From NCBI GenBank assembly GCA_021823345.1, contig JAKAOF010000005.1, positions 61,799-77,539 on the forward strand: a stretch of 15,741 bases of DNA, in the 5' to 3' direction. The notes beneath the pieces were generated by a model. The model was given only the letters and a program-made list of their open reading frames with translations. It made no database searches and had not been told where the DNA came from. Positions 1 to 6,509 of this stretch are shown piece by piece. The stretch comes from Thermoplasmata archaeon (GTDB lineage Archaea; Thermoplasmatota; Thermoplasmata; Lutacidiplasmatales; UBA184). Position numbers and translations under genes: made by a program. The stretch's first letter is position 1. Each line of letters opens with the position of its first letter.

Positions 1-236
1 TCGGCGGCGCCAGGGTCCGGCATGGCCAAGGACACCCCCACGACCATTCCCGACTGATGGAGGGGGCCAAGGTCCCGCGCGACCGAGGCGGAATCCGCCA
101 ACGCCGGAAGCAGTGCGGTGAAATCTCCGGCCAGGGAGGACAGGGTCGGTCCCGGAAGACCCAGCTCCGCAGGAGCCAGCACCGTTGCAGCCACCAGGGC
201 GACTGCCACCAGGGCCACGAACGCGGTCTTACGCAC
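1..236 (-). CDS. N-terminal 78 codons of a secreted or membrane protein; the gene continues past the window start. Function unknown. Not in the supplied ORF track because no stop codon falls inside the window.
   Basis: The reverse-strand frame is open from GTG (plus 234-236) to position 1, and the preceding in-frame codon is a stop. It translates to MRKTAFVALVAVALVAATVLAPAELGLPGPTLSSLAGDFTALLPALADSASVARDLGPLHQSGMVVGVSLAMPDPGAA. That is a classic signal peptide (basic n-region, hydrophobic core, APA then E). Composition is A/L/V/G-rich and third positions are G/C-rich like the other genes here. The competing reverse frame starting at ATG gives W/R/P/C-rich nonsense. Confidence 0.4.
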   Translation of the reverse strand, partial: MRKTAFVALVAVALVAATVLAPAELGLPGPTLSSLAGDFTALLPALADSASVARDLGPLHQSGMVVGVSLAMPDPGAA

Positions 237-260
237 GCCAGCACCATGCGGGGCGGCCAC

Positions 261-270
261 TTAAAGCTAG
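261..270 (-). promoter_or_regulatory. AT-rich TATA-like element (CTAGCTTTAA on the minus strand), centred about 28 nt upstream of the GTG at 236.
   Basis: It is the only AT-rich island in the GC-rich flank. Its spacing matches an archaeal TATA box feeding a leaderless transcript. Confidence 0.25.
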
Positions 271-510
271 TTTCATCGACCGCGCTTGGCCTGCCGGAGT
301 TGCCGTGCCCGTGAAATTCTCAAGGAGGCGGTGCACCGCAGAGGGCGACCGCCAACTCATTCCCCCGCGACCCCCAGGGAACGTTCGGCCGTTGTACCGT
401 GACCGTCCACCGAGAGCGCCCGTGTCCGAACACGAGTCAGCGAGGACTCGATTCCCCGTGCCGGAGCGGGTCCAAGGTCCCTGGGAACCGTCCCCCGCCC
501 GAAACGACGA

Positions 511-533
511 CTATATATCAGAGTCCTATTTGG
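511..533 (+). promoter_or_regulatory. Archaeal promoter for secY. Two adjacent AT-rich boxes (CTATATATCA and CCTATTTGGG) follow a purine-rich BRE-like GAAACGACGA.
   Basis: TATATAT lies at 512-518 and a second AT-rich box at 524-533, centred about 28 nt before ATG 556. There is no Shine-Dalgarno sequence, which fits a leaderless or very short-leader mRNA. Confidence 0.45.
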
Positions 534-555
534 GAAGTCCGCTTTAGCGCAGCCG

Positions 556-2325
556 ATGGCGGAAGAGGAGATTCCCCGAAACTATTCGAGCCTCCCCTTT
601 TTCGTCGTCTTTGGCGCGTTGATCCTGGGCCTGTATTACTACTGGGACGCCCCGACCTACATCGCCCTCGGTCTCGTGGGCCTGATCCTCTTCATCATCC
701 TGACGCTCGCCTTCATGCTCGTCTCCTACTCGGGGGAGAAGCGCTCCATGCTCTATGGGTGGAAGCCGATCACCACCCGGCTCCCGGCCGTCTCGAAACC
801 TGACGGGCACGTCCACTTCCGGACGAAGCTGTTCTGGACCGCCACCGTGCTGCTCCTCTACTTCATGCTCACCAACATTTTCATCTACGGGATCAGCACC
901 ACGAACTCGATCGACCTCTTCGCGAGCTACCGAGCCATCCTCGCCGGGGCTCAAGGTACGATCATGCAGCTCGGGATCGGCCCCATCGTCACGGGGTCGA
1001 TCATCATGCAGCTCTTCACCGGCGCCAAGATCATCAACCTCGACCTCACGGATGACGAGGACAAGGGGATCTACCAGGGCTCGCAGAAGATCGTCGTGCT
1101 GCTCATGATCTTCGTGGAGGCGATCCCCCAGGTCTACGGGTACCTCAACCCGAGCTCCACCTTCGTCAGCGCCCTGGGCAACATCTCCCCGGCGAATGCC
1201 GGGCTCCTCGCCGATGTCATCATCATCGCCCAGATCGCCTTCGGAAGTTACCTCGTCTTCCTGATGGATGAGGTCGTCAGCAAGTGGGGGATCGGCAGCG
1301 GGATCTCGCTCTTCATCGCCGCCGGTGTTTCCCAGGCGATCGTGACGGGCACAATCAACTGGCTGCCGGCCACGCCGAGCCAACCGTTGTCCACGACCAA
1401 CCCGCCGGCCGGAACCGTGTTCAAGACCTACTACCTCCTGACCCACCTCAACGCGAGCCAGCTCGCGGGGGGCGGGCTGGAACAGATCCTGCTTCACTAT
1501 CCCAACCCCGTCTCGGCGTTGCTCGGTACGGCGGCCATCTTCTTCTTCGTGGCGTGGACGGAGTCCACCCGCATTGAGCTACCCCTCTCCCACGCGGAGG
1601 CGAGGGGGGCCCGGGGCCGCTATCCGCTCCGTCTCATGTACGCCTCGAACATCCCGGTCATCCTCATGTCGGCGTTGCTCGCCAACGTGACCATGTTCAC
1701 ACTCCTCCTCTGGTCGAACCCCACCCTCATGCACTTCCCCGGGATCGGGCACCAGTGGTGGATCGGCAGCTATCCCACGTCGCAGGCCCAGGCATCGACC
1801 ATGGGGGTCTCGACGTCGACTCCGTTGACCGGGGGCGCCTACTACGTGTCCGTGGTGAACGGACTCGAAAGCTGGCTCCTACCCATCTTCAATCCCCAAC
1901 TCTATGGCAACTTCCTGACCGGACATTCCGTCGGTCAGGGGCTCATCCACGTCGCAGTGTACTTCGGCCTCATGGTCGGGGGATCGATCCTCTTCGCGAA
2001 GTTCTGGATTCAGACCACGAACATGGGCCCCGAGGCCGTGGCCCGACAGATCGAGGCGAGCGGCATGCAGATCCCAGGATTCCGCCGGGACCCGCGGGTG
2101 CTCCGCCGGGTGTTGGAGCGGTACATCCCCGTCATCACCATCATCTCGGGCGCCACGGTCGGGGCGCTCGCGGCAGGCGCGGACCTTATCGGGACCGTAG
2201 GACAGACCTCAGGTACAGGGGTGCTGCTTACGGTCGGTATCATCATCAACCTCTATGAGACGATGGGCCGCGAACAGCTCATGGAGATGAACCCGCTACT
2301 GCGGCGCTTCCTGGGCGGAGAGTGA
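556..2325 (+). CDS. secY: Preprotein translocase subunit SecY (archaeal Sec61-alpha type). As called it is 589 aa and includes a 64-aa N-terminal extension. An alternative internal start at ATG 748 would give a canonical 525-aa SecY.
   Basis: The translation carries SecY hallmarks: ...KPITTRLPAVSKPDGHVHFRTKLFWT..., GIGPIVTGSIIMQLF (plug and TM2 region), ten predicted TM segments, and C-terminal ...VGALAAGADLIGTVGQTSGTGVLLTVGIIINLYE. Third codon positions are very G/C-rich. DUF106 and cmk follow, which is the conserved archaeal neighbourhood. Confidence 0.9.
   Translation: MAEEEIPRNYSSLPFFVVFGALILGLYYYWDAPTYIALGLVGLILFIILTLAFMLVSYSGEKRSMLYGWKPITTRLPAVSKPDGHVHFRTKLFWTATVLLLYFMLTNIFIYGISTTNSIDLFASYRAILAGAQGTIMQLGIGPIVTGSIIMQLFTGAKIINLDLTDDEDKGIYQGSQKIVVLLMIFVEAIPQVYGYLNPSSTFVSALGNISPANAGLLADVIIIAQIAFGSYLVFLMDEVVSKWGIGSGISLFIAAGVSQAIVTGTINWLPATPSQPLSTTNPPAGTVFKTYYLLTHLNASQLAGGGLEQILLHYPNPVSALLGTAAIFFFVAWTESTRIELPLSHAEARGARGRYPLRLMYASNIPVILMSALLANVTMFTLLLWSNPTLMHFPGIGHQWWIGSYPTSQAQASTMGVSTSTPLTGGAYYVSVVNGLESWLLPIFNPQLYGNFLTGHSVGQGLIHVAVYFGLMVGGSILFAKFWIQTTNMGPEAVARQIEASGMQIPGFRRDPRVLRRVLERYIPVITIISGATVGALAAGADLIGTVGQTSGTGVLLTVGIIINLYETMGREQLMEMNPLLRRFLGGE
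2316..2320 (+). promoter_or_regulatory. Shine-Dalgarno-like GGAGA inside the 3' end of secY, 10 nt upstream of the DUF106 ATG.
   Basis: Only 4 nt separate the secY stop (2323-2325) from ATG 2330. GGAG at 2316-2319 is correctly spaced for an internal operon gene. Confidence 0.4.
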
Positions 2326-2329
2326 ACTG

Positions 2330-3175
2330 ATGCCGCGCGCTGAGGCCGCGTCACCTACCCCGCCGAAAGACCAACCGTTGCCCTCTTCCGCCCCCGAGGA
2401 AGAAGAAGAGGAAGGCACGGACGAAGAGGAAGAGACCGAAGACGAGGAGGAGGAGTCCTCCGAGGCGTCGGAAACCCCAGGGACGGCCCCAGCGGCCGCC
2501 GCAGGGCCTCCTCCCGTAGGACCTCCGTCATTCAAAGCGTCCAATTTCATTTTGATCTTCCTGTTCTTTCTGGGAATCTGGATGCTCTTCGACAGCACCG
2601 CCCGGCTCCAGGTCGCCCAGGGCCTCGGGCTGCTGCTCTACCCGGCATTCGGGTTCGACGGGCGGTTTCCGCTCCTGACGATGGCCCTCATCGCCATGGT
2701 GCAGATGCTCATCAGCGCCATTGCGTACAACTACACCACCGACTGGGTGGAGCAGGCGAAGGTCCAGGCGCATGCCAAGGCCATCCGGCCACTCCAGATG
2801 TCGGCCATGCGCAGCGGCAAGAAGCACCACGTCGAGGCGCTCAAGCCCCACATGAACGACCTCAATGCGAGGCAGTCGAAGCTCATGATCGGCCAGCTGA
2901 AGGGGATGGCCGTCACCTGGTTCCTCTTGATCGCGATGTACACGTGGGTCTACATCTTCCTCACCACGACCAACCCGATGACCAACACCACGGTCATCCT
3001 CTTCGGGGCGCAAGTGAACCTGGTCCAGAACCTCTGGATCGTCCCCGCCTGGTTCCTCGTCTTCTCGCTCTACACCCTCCCCTTCAACCTGGTCCTCCGC
3101 CGGGTGTTCAAGCACTGGTCCCTACGCGGGCACCCAGAGTTCGGCGGACCCTCGCCCACGTCCCCCACCTCATGA
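2330..3175 (+). CDS. DUF106-family membrane protein. This is the archaeal YidC/Oxa1/EMC3-like insertase homologue usually found next to secY. It has an unusual ~75-aa polyacidic, Pro/Ala-rich N-terminal extension.
   Basis: Residues 1-75 read MPRAEAASPTPPKDQPLPSSAPEEEEEEGTDEEEETEDEEEESSEASETPGTAPAAAAGPPPVGPP. TM1 follows (FILIFLFFLGIWMLF), then a long amphipathic coiled-coil region (QAKVQAHAKAIRPLQMSAMRSGKKHHVEALKPHMNDLNARQSKLMIGQLKG), then TM2 (WFLLIAMYTWVYIFL) and TM3 (IVPAWFLVFSLYTLPFNLVL). The three-TM plus cytoplasmic hairpin topology and the position between secY and cmk are diagnostic of DUF106. Confidence 0.8.
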   Translation: MPRAEAASPTPPKDQPLPSSAPEEEEEEGTDEEEETEDEEEESSEASETPGTAPAAAAGPPPVGPPSFKASNFILIFLFFLGIWMLFDSTARLQVAQGLGLLLYPAFGFDGRFPLLTMALIAMVQMLISAIAYNYTTDWVEQAKVQAHAKAIRPLQMSAMRSGKKHHVEALKPHMNDLNARQSKLMIGQLKGMAVTWFLLIAMYTWVYIFLTTTNPMTNTTVILFGAQVNLVQNLWIVPAWFLVFSLYTLPFNLVLRRVFKHWSLRGHPEFGGPSPTSPTS

Positions 3176-3717
3176 CCGGGGTGACGCTCTCCATCGGGGG
3201 CCCCCCGGGCAGTGGAAAGAGCACCCTGGGCCGGACGCTCGCCAAGATCCTCGACCGAGAGTACGTTTCGGCCGGGGAGATCTTCCGTGCCGAGGCGGCT
3301 CGCCGGAAACTGAGCCTGGCCGACTTCGGCGCTCTCGCGGAAAAGGACGAGCGGATCGACCTTGCGCTCGACAACGAGATGATCTCCCGCAGCGGGCCCC
3401 GCCAACTACTGGAGGGACGCATCATCGGAGAGCTCCTCGCTCGCCGCCGTATACCGGTCTTCCGGATCCTGATCACCGCCGATGAGGCGACCCGGGCCGC
3501 TCGGATCCTGCAGCGGGACGGAGGCGACCGGACGGAGGTCCTCGCCCGGATGCGGGCTCGAGAGGCCTCCGAGAGCCAACGGTACCTCCGCTACTACGGG
3601 ATCGACCTGGCCCGCCTGGAGTACGAGGTCGCCATCGATGCGACCCAACTGGACCCCGGGCAGGTCGTGTTGCGGACCCTAGAACGGATACCGGAAGAGT
3701 GGAAGGAGCGGGCCTGA
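3172..3717 (+). CDS. cmk: Cytidylate (CMP) kinase, archaeal type (adenylate-kinase-like fold).
   Basis: MTGVTLSIGGPPGSGKSTLGRTLAKIL contains the P-loop GxPGSGKST. Its ATG overlaps the DUF106 stop as ATGA at 3172-3175. The listed ORF at 2944 extends the N-terminus with a Pro/His-rich stretch read from inside the DUF106 coding sequence. I trimmed it to the Met just before the P-loop. Confidence 0.85.
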   Translation: MTGVTLSIGGPPGSGKSTLGRTLAKILDREYVSAGEIFRAEAARRKLSLADFGALAEKDERIDLALDNEMISRSGPRQLLEGRIIGELLARRRIPVFRILITADEATRAARILQRDGGDRTEVLARMRAREASESQRYLRYYGIDLARLEYEVAIDATQLDPGQVVLRTLERIPEEWKERA

Positions 3718-3759
3718 GAGGCCTACTGCTCCCGCATCCGGCGTGCCCGAATCCGTCGA

Positions 3760-3808
3760 CGCATGCGCTTCTTTCGCCACTTCCAGCGCATGTGCCCTCG
3801 CTTTTTCC
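3760..3808 (+). terminator. Hairpin followed by a T5 tract downstream of cmk. Candidate terminator for the secY-DUF106-cmk transcript.
   Basis: A 9-bp stem (3760-3768 CGCATGCGC pairing with 3786-3794 GCGCATGTG, one G-U pair) has a 17-nt loop. CCTCGCTTTTTCC follows, with TTTTT at 3803-3807. Archaeal termination is oligo-T dependent. Confidence 0.4.
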
Positions 3809-3940
3809 AGACGCGGGAACTCCGTTTCATTCAAAATCTCCCGGGGCTACTTGTGGGGGGTTATTAACATTGCGGTCGCCACCGGCGTTCGCACGGCTCG
3901 GAGAATTGGTCCCACCGGGGAAGACGACCCGCTCGAGCAC

Positions 3941-3977
3941 CGGAGACAAAACGTGGCGGTGCGTGAGGCGCACCGTC
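3941..3977 (-). terminator. Hairpin plus T-tract on the minus strand, about 48 nt downstream of the flotillin-like gene stop.
   Basis: A stem at 3955-3963 / 3969-3977 (GGCGGTGCG ... CGCACCGTC; 7 perfect bp plus a G-T) has a 5-nt loop TGAGG. On the minus-strand transcript it is followed by ACGTTTTGTCTCC. Confidence 0.4.
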
Positions 3978-4024
3978 CCGCTCCCGCCGAAAGCCGGCAC
4001 GCGTGAACCCCTCCGGTAACGGCG

Positions 4025-6199
4025 TTACTCGTCGCGCGGCTCGGTGCGCGGGCTCGCCGCGGGTTTCTTCGAGGGGGTGACCGGTTTCATGGGGGTCTCA
4101 AGGTTCGGCAGTGCCGCTACGGGGGACGGGGCGGAGGTCGTGGCCGGTGCGGTCGCTTGCGAGGGCGGCGGACCGAGGGGGGAGCGGTAGTCGTCCCGCT
4201 CCGTCGGTCGGAAGGGTTGCCCTGGGAGCGTCGCCTTGCCGCTCAGGAGGCTCGCGAGGAACGCCGAGAAGAGGGCGCCTTGCGTCCCTCCTTCGGACTC
4301 GCCACCGCCTCCCGTGACGCTGACGACCGACTGGGGAGTGATGACGATCTTTCCTTCCCGGATCTCCTCGAAGACCTTGATGAGGGCGACCCGTTCGGCT
4401 CCCACCACGTCGGCCTGCGCGTGGTAGGCATCCGCCGTGGCGGTCCCGACCCGGACGATGGCGGCGGAATCTCCGTCTGCGCGGATGCGGGTGGCATCCC
4501 GGACTCCCTCGGCCTCCTTGACGGCAGCGACGGCCTTGTTGGCGTTGATGTCGATGTCGAGGCGCGCCTGGACCACCTGAGGTTGCTTCTCGGCGATGGC
4601 CGTCTTCTCGCGGACGGCGATCTGCTTCTCGGCGGCGAGCGCCTGCTGTTCGTACTGGGCCTGCTGCTGGAGAGCGATCTCCTTCTCGGTCTGCGTGGCC
4701 AGCAAGGTCTGGTCGACCTTGATGTAGGAGATGAGGAGGTTCTGGGCCTCGACAAAATAGCGAGCGAAGGTGGTCCGGGCCTTCTCCAAGGCTTCCTGCT
4801 GGAGCTGGCTACGGTTCTGGACGAACTCCAGGGCCTTCTTCTCGCCGGCGCTGTTCCGGAACTCGGCATCGATGAGCGGGTGGACGATCTGCTGGATGAG
4901 GTTGAACACGGACCCGAACCGGGCGATGATGATGGCCGCGTTCTCGGGGAGGATGCGGATGACGACCCGGACGTCGACCTCGAGCTGGAACCCGTCCTTC
5001 GAGGTGACGCGGAGCTGTTCGAACTTGAACCACTCCGTCCCCTTCCCGGTGGTCTGGTCAAGGTAGGGATACCGGGAGGTGTCCTCCGTGGGGCGGGTCG
5101 AGGGCCGGGACATGCTGGGAGATCCGGGCACCGGCGAGGACGCCCAGTCGACCATGATCGCACTGGTCGGAACGAGGTACGCGGTGTAGGCCACCGTGTT
5201 CATGTTGTACTTGCCGGGCGAACGAGGGGCCCGGAGGATCCCGCGTTTCGTCTCCGTGTCCGTGAGCAGCTTCTCCATCTCGCTCGTGATCGTCTGGTCA
5301 AAGTCCGGGGTCATCGACACCGGAGTGGGGCGGATGTCGGAGCGCTCGAGTTGCTCTCCGATGTTCGATCGGAGCACCGCCACGAACCCGGGCGGAACTT
5401 CCTGGATCGGGACCGTCTCCACGTCGAAGAGCAGCGGATTGATGTAGTAATTCCCCGGCTGGAGGGTGGGGATCTGCGGACCCCGGTAGCCGCCGGTGTC
5501 GATGAACGCCTGCCCATCCTGGAAGAAGTTGTGGGACCGGGCGTTCGGGTTCTTGGGATCCGGATCGACGGGCGGAGCCAGGATGAACCGGGGAGGGAGC
5601 GGGCGGCCATCGAGGGCGGTCACGATCCCGATGTTCTCCGCGGGGATCGACACCGCCTTGGAGAGGCTCAAGCTGAATGCGCGGACGTTGATCCGGTACT
5701 TTCCCGGCCGGAGTATCCCGACCTGGGGTCCTTTGTAGCCGCCGTTGCGAAGGAAGGCCTCCGCATCTTGGAACTGGTTGCACTCGACCTCATCCCCCAG
5801 GAGACGGCCCTTCTGAAGGGGGCGACCATCGATGGCCTCCACCATGGCGACCTGGTCCTCCGGGATCTCGATGAGCGGAGCCTTCTGTACCCGCCAGACG
5901 ATGGGGAGCCGCCAGTAGAGGCCCGGGTTGAGGACGGTGGCGAGCACGCCGATCTCGCCCTTGCGGGCGATGACCTGACCGGGCGGCATCTTCTGGCCCA
6001 TCATCTTCCGGGTCAGTATCCCGACCTGGTTTTCGTTGATCAGGAAGAGACCCATCAAGAAGAAAATGACCAGGAAAAGCACCAAAAACAGCGTGATCAA
6101 GAGCGGCAAGAAGAACAATCCCAGCACCACTACGGCGACCAAGACCACAAACACAGCAATTCCCGAGGTGTCGGACCCAATCGAATCATTTTCCGGCAT
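4025..6199 (-). CDS. Flotillin-like SPFH/band-7 membrane protein, about 724 aa from ATG 6199. The ORF track extends it to a GTG at 6256 (743 aa).
   Basis: It begins with an N-terminal TM hairpin (IAVFVVLVAVVVLGLFFLPLLITLFLVLFLVIFFLMGLFLI). Three copies of an SPFH N-terminal beta-hairpin motif follow ('L-x-P-G-x-Y-x-[IL]-[NP]'); two are embedded in near-identical ~35-aa repeats (FQDAEAFLRNGGYKGPQVGILRPGKYRINV and FQDGQAFIDTGGYRGPQIPTLQPGNYYINP). Next is an SPFH core (VTSKDGFQLEVDVRVVIRI...EALEKARTTFARYFVEAQNLL) and a long Q/A/E-rich flotillin-type coiled coil (EKEIALQQQAQYEQQALAAEKQIAVREKTAIAEKQ...). The C-terminus is a Pro/Ser/Thr/Ala-rich disordered tail. I prefer ATG 6199 because an AT-rich GGTTTATGAG element on the minus strand lies inside the GTG-extended region. 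Confidence 0.8.
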   Translation of the reverse strand: MPENDSIGSDTSGIAVFVVLVAVVVLGLFFLPLLITLFLVLFLVIFFLMGLFLINENQVGILTRKMMGQKMPPGQVIARKGEIGVLATVLNPGLYWRLPIVWRVQKAPLIEIPEDQVAMVEAIDGRPLQKGRLLGDEVECNQFQDAEAFLRNGGYKGPQVGILRPGKYRINVRAFSLSLSKAVSIPAENIGIVTALDGRPLPPRFILAPPVDPDPKNPNARSHNFFQDGQAFIDTGGYRGPQIPTLQPGNYYINPLLFDVETVPIQEVPPGFVAVLRSNIGEQLERSDIRPTPVSMTPDFDQTITSEMEKLLTDTETKRGILRAPRSPGKYNMNTVAYTAYLVPTSAIMVDWASSPVPGSPSMSRPSTRPTEDTSRYPYLDQTTGKGTEWFKFEQLRVTSKDGFQLEVDVRVVIRILPENAAIIIARFGSVFNLIQQIVHPLIDAEFRNSAGEKKALEFVQNRSQLQQEALEKARTTFARYFVEAQNLLISYIKVDQTLLATQTEKEIALQQQAQYEQQALAAEKQIAVREKTAIAEKQPQVVQARLDIDINANKAVAAVKEAEGVRDATRIRADGDSAAIVRVGTATADAYHAQADVVGAERVALIKVFEEIREGKIVITPQSVVSVTGGGGESEGGTQGALFSAFLASLLSGKATLPGQPFRPTERDDYRSPLGPPPSQATAPATTSAPSPVAALPNLETPMKPVTPSKKPAASPRTEPRDE

Positions 6200-6473
6200 A
6201 GAACGAAGATGGGATTCCCCAGCGATTTCGGACTCATAAACCCTTGGGGCACTCACGACGGCTAACGGGGCCCCAAGCGGGCGCCGACCCGAGGGGGAAG
6301 GTCAAGGGTCGGGCCGGAAGTTGTCGTGCGGGAGGAGTCCTGGGTTTCCCGCGCTAAATCCGGTCGCTTCAGATACCAAGTCCATAAATTGGGGAACAAC
6401 ACGGAACTTCAGCTCATAGTTGGTCCGCAGAGCCAACATACCTGCCAAAACAGGAAAATTGTAGCGGGGTAAG

Positions 6474-6486
6474 GGTAGAAATAGGG
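6474..6486 (+). promoter_or_regulatory. AT-rich TATA-like element (GGTAGAAATAGGG), centred about 30 nt upstream of ATG 6510.
   Basis: It is an AT-rich island in the 250-nt divergent intergenic region between the flotillin-like gene and the DUF929-like gene. Confidence 0.25.
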
Positions 6487-6509
6487 CCCGATGCGTACGC
6501 TCTTTGAGA

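Noticed and set aside
531-545. GGGAAGTCCGC resembling the RNase P RNA P4 motif (GGAAAGUCCGGGC)
   Set aside because: It is only a partial match, and no complementary P4 strand or other conserved RNase P elements are in the surrounding 300 nt. It overlaps the secY promoter.
544-1497. 317-aa minus-strand ORF antisense to secY
   Set aside because: The translation is D/E/R/G-rich low-complexity sequence. It fully overlaps the confidently identified secY, which is the usual artefact of high GC.
2944-3171. N-terminal extension of the cmk ORF (MGLHLPHHDQPDDQHHGH...)
   Set aside because: It lies inside the DUF106 coding sequence in another frame and is P/H/R-rich. The conserved cmk N-terminus (MTGVTLSIGGPPGSGKST) starts at the ATGA overlap at 3172.
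3743-4006. 87-aa ORF filling the cmk/flotillin intergenic region
   Set aside because: Its third codon positions are much less G/C-rich than in the real genes. It starts with GTG, has no homology, and spans two terminator-like hairpins.
4157-6265. 702-aa plus-strand ORF antisense to the flotillin gene. Also 4243-5163 (-), 5298-5783 (-) and other nested ORFs.
   Set aside because: The translations are R/G/D/P-rich and have no domain-like structure. They overlap a gene with clear SPFH and coiled-coil homology. Stop-free antisense frames are expected in GC-rich coding DNA.
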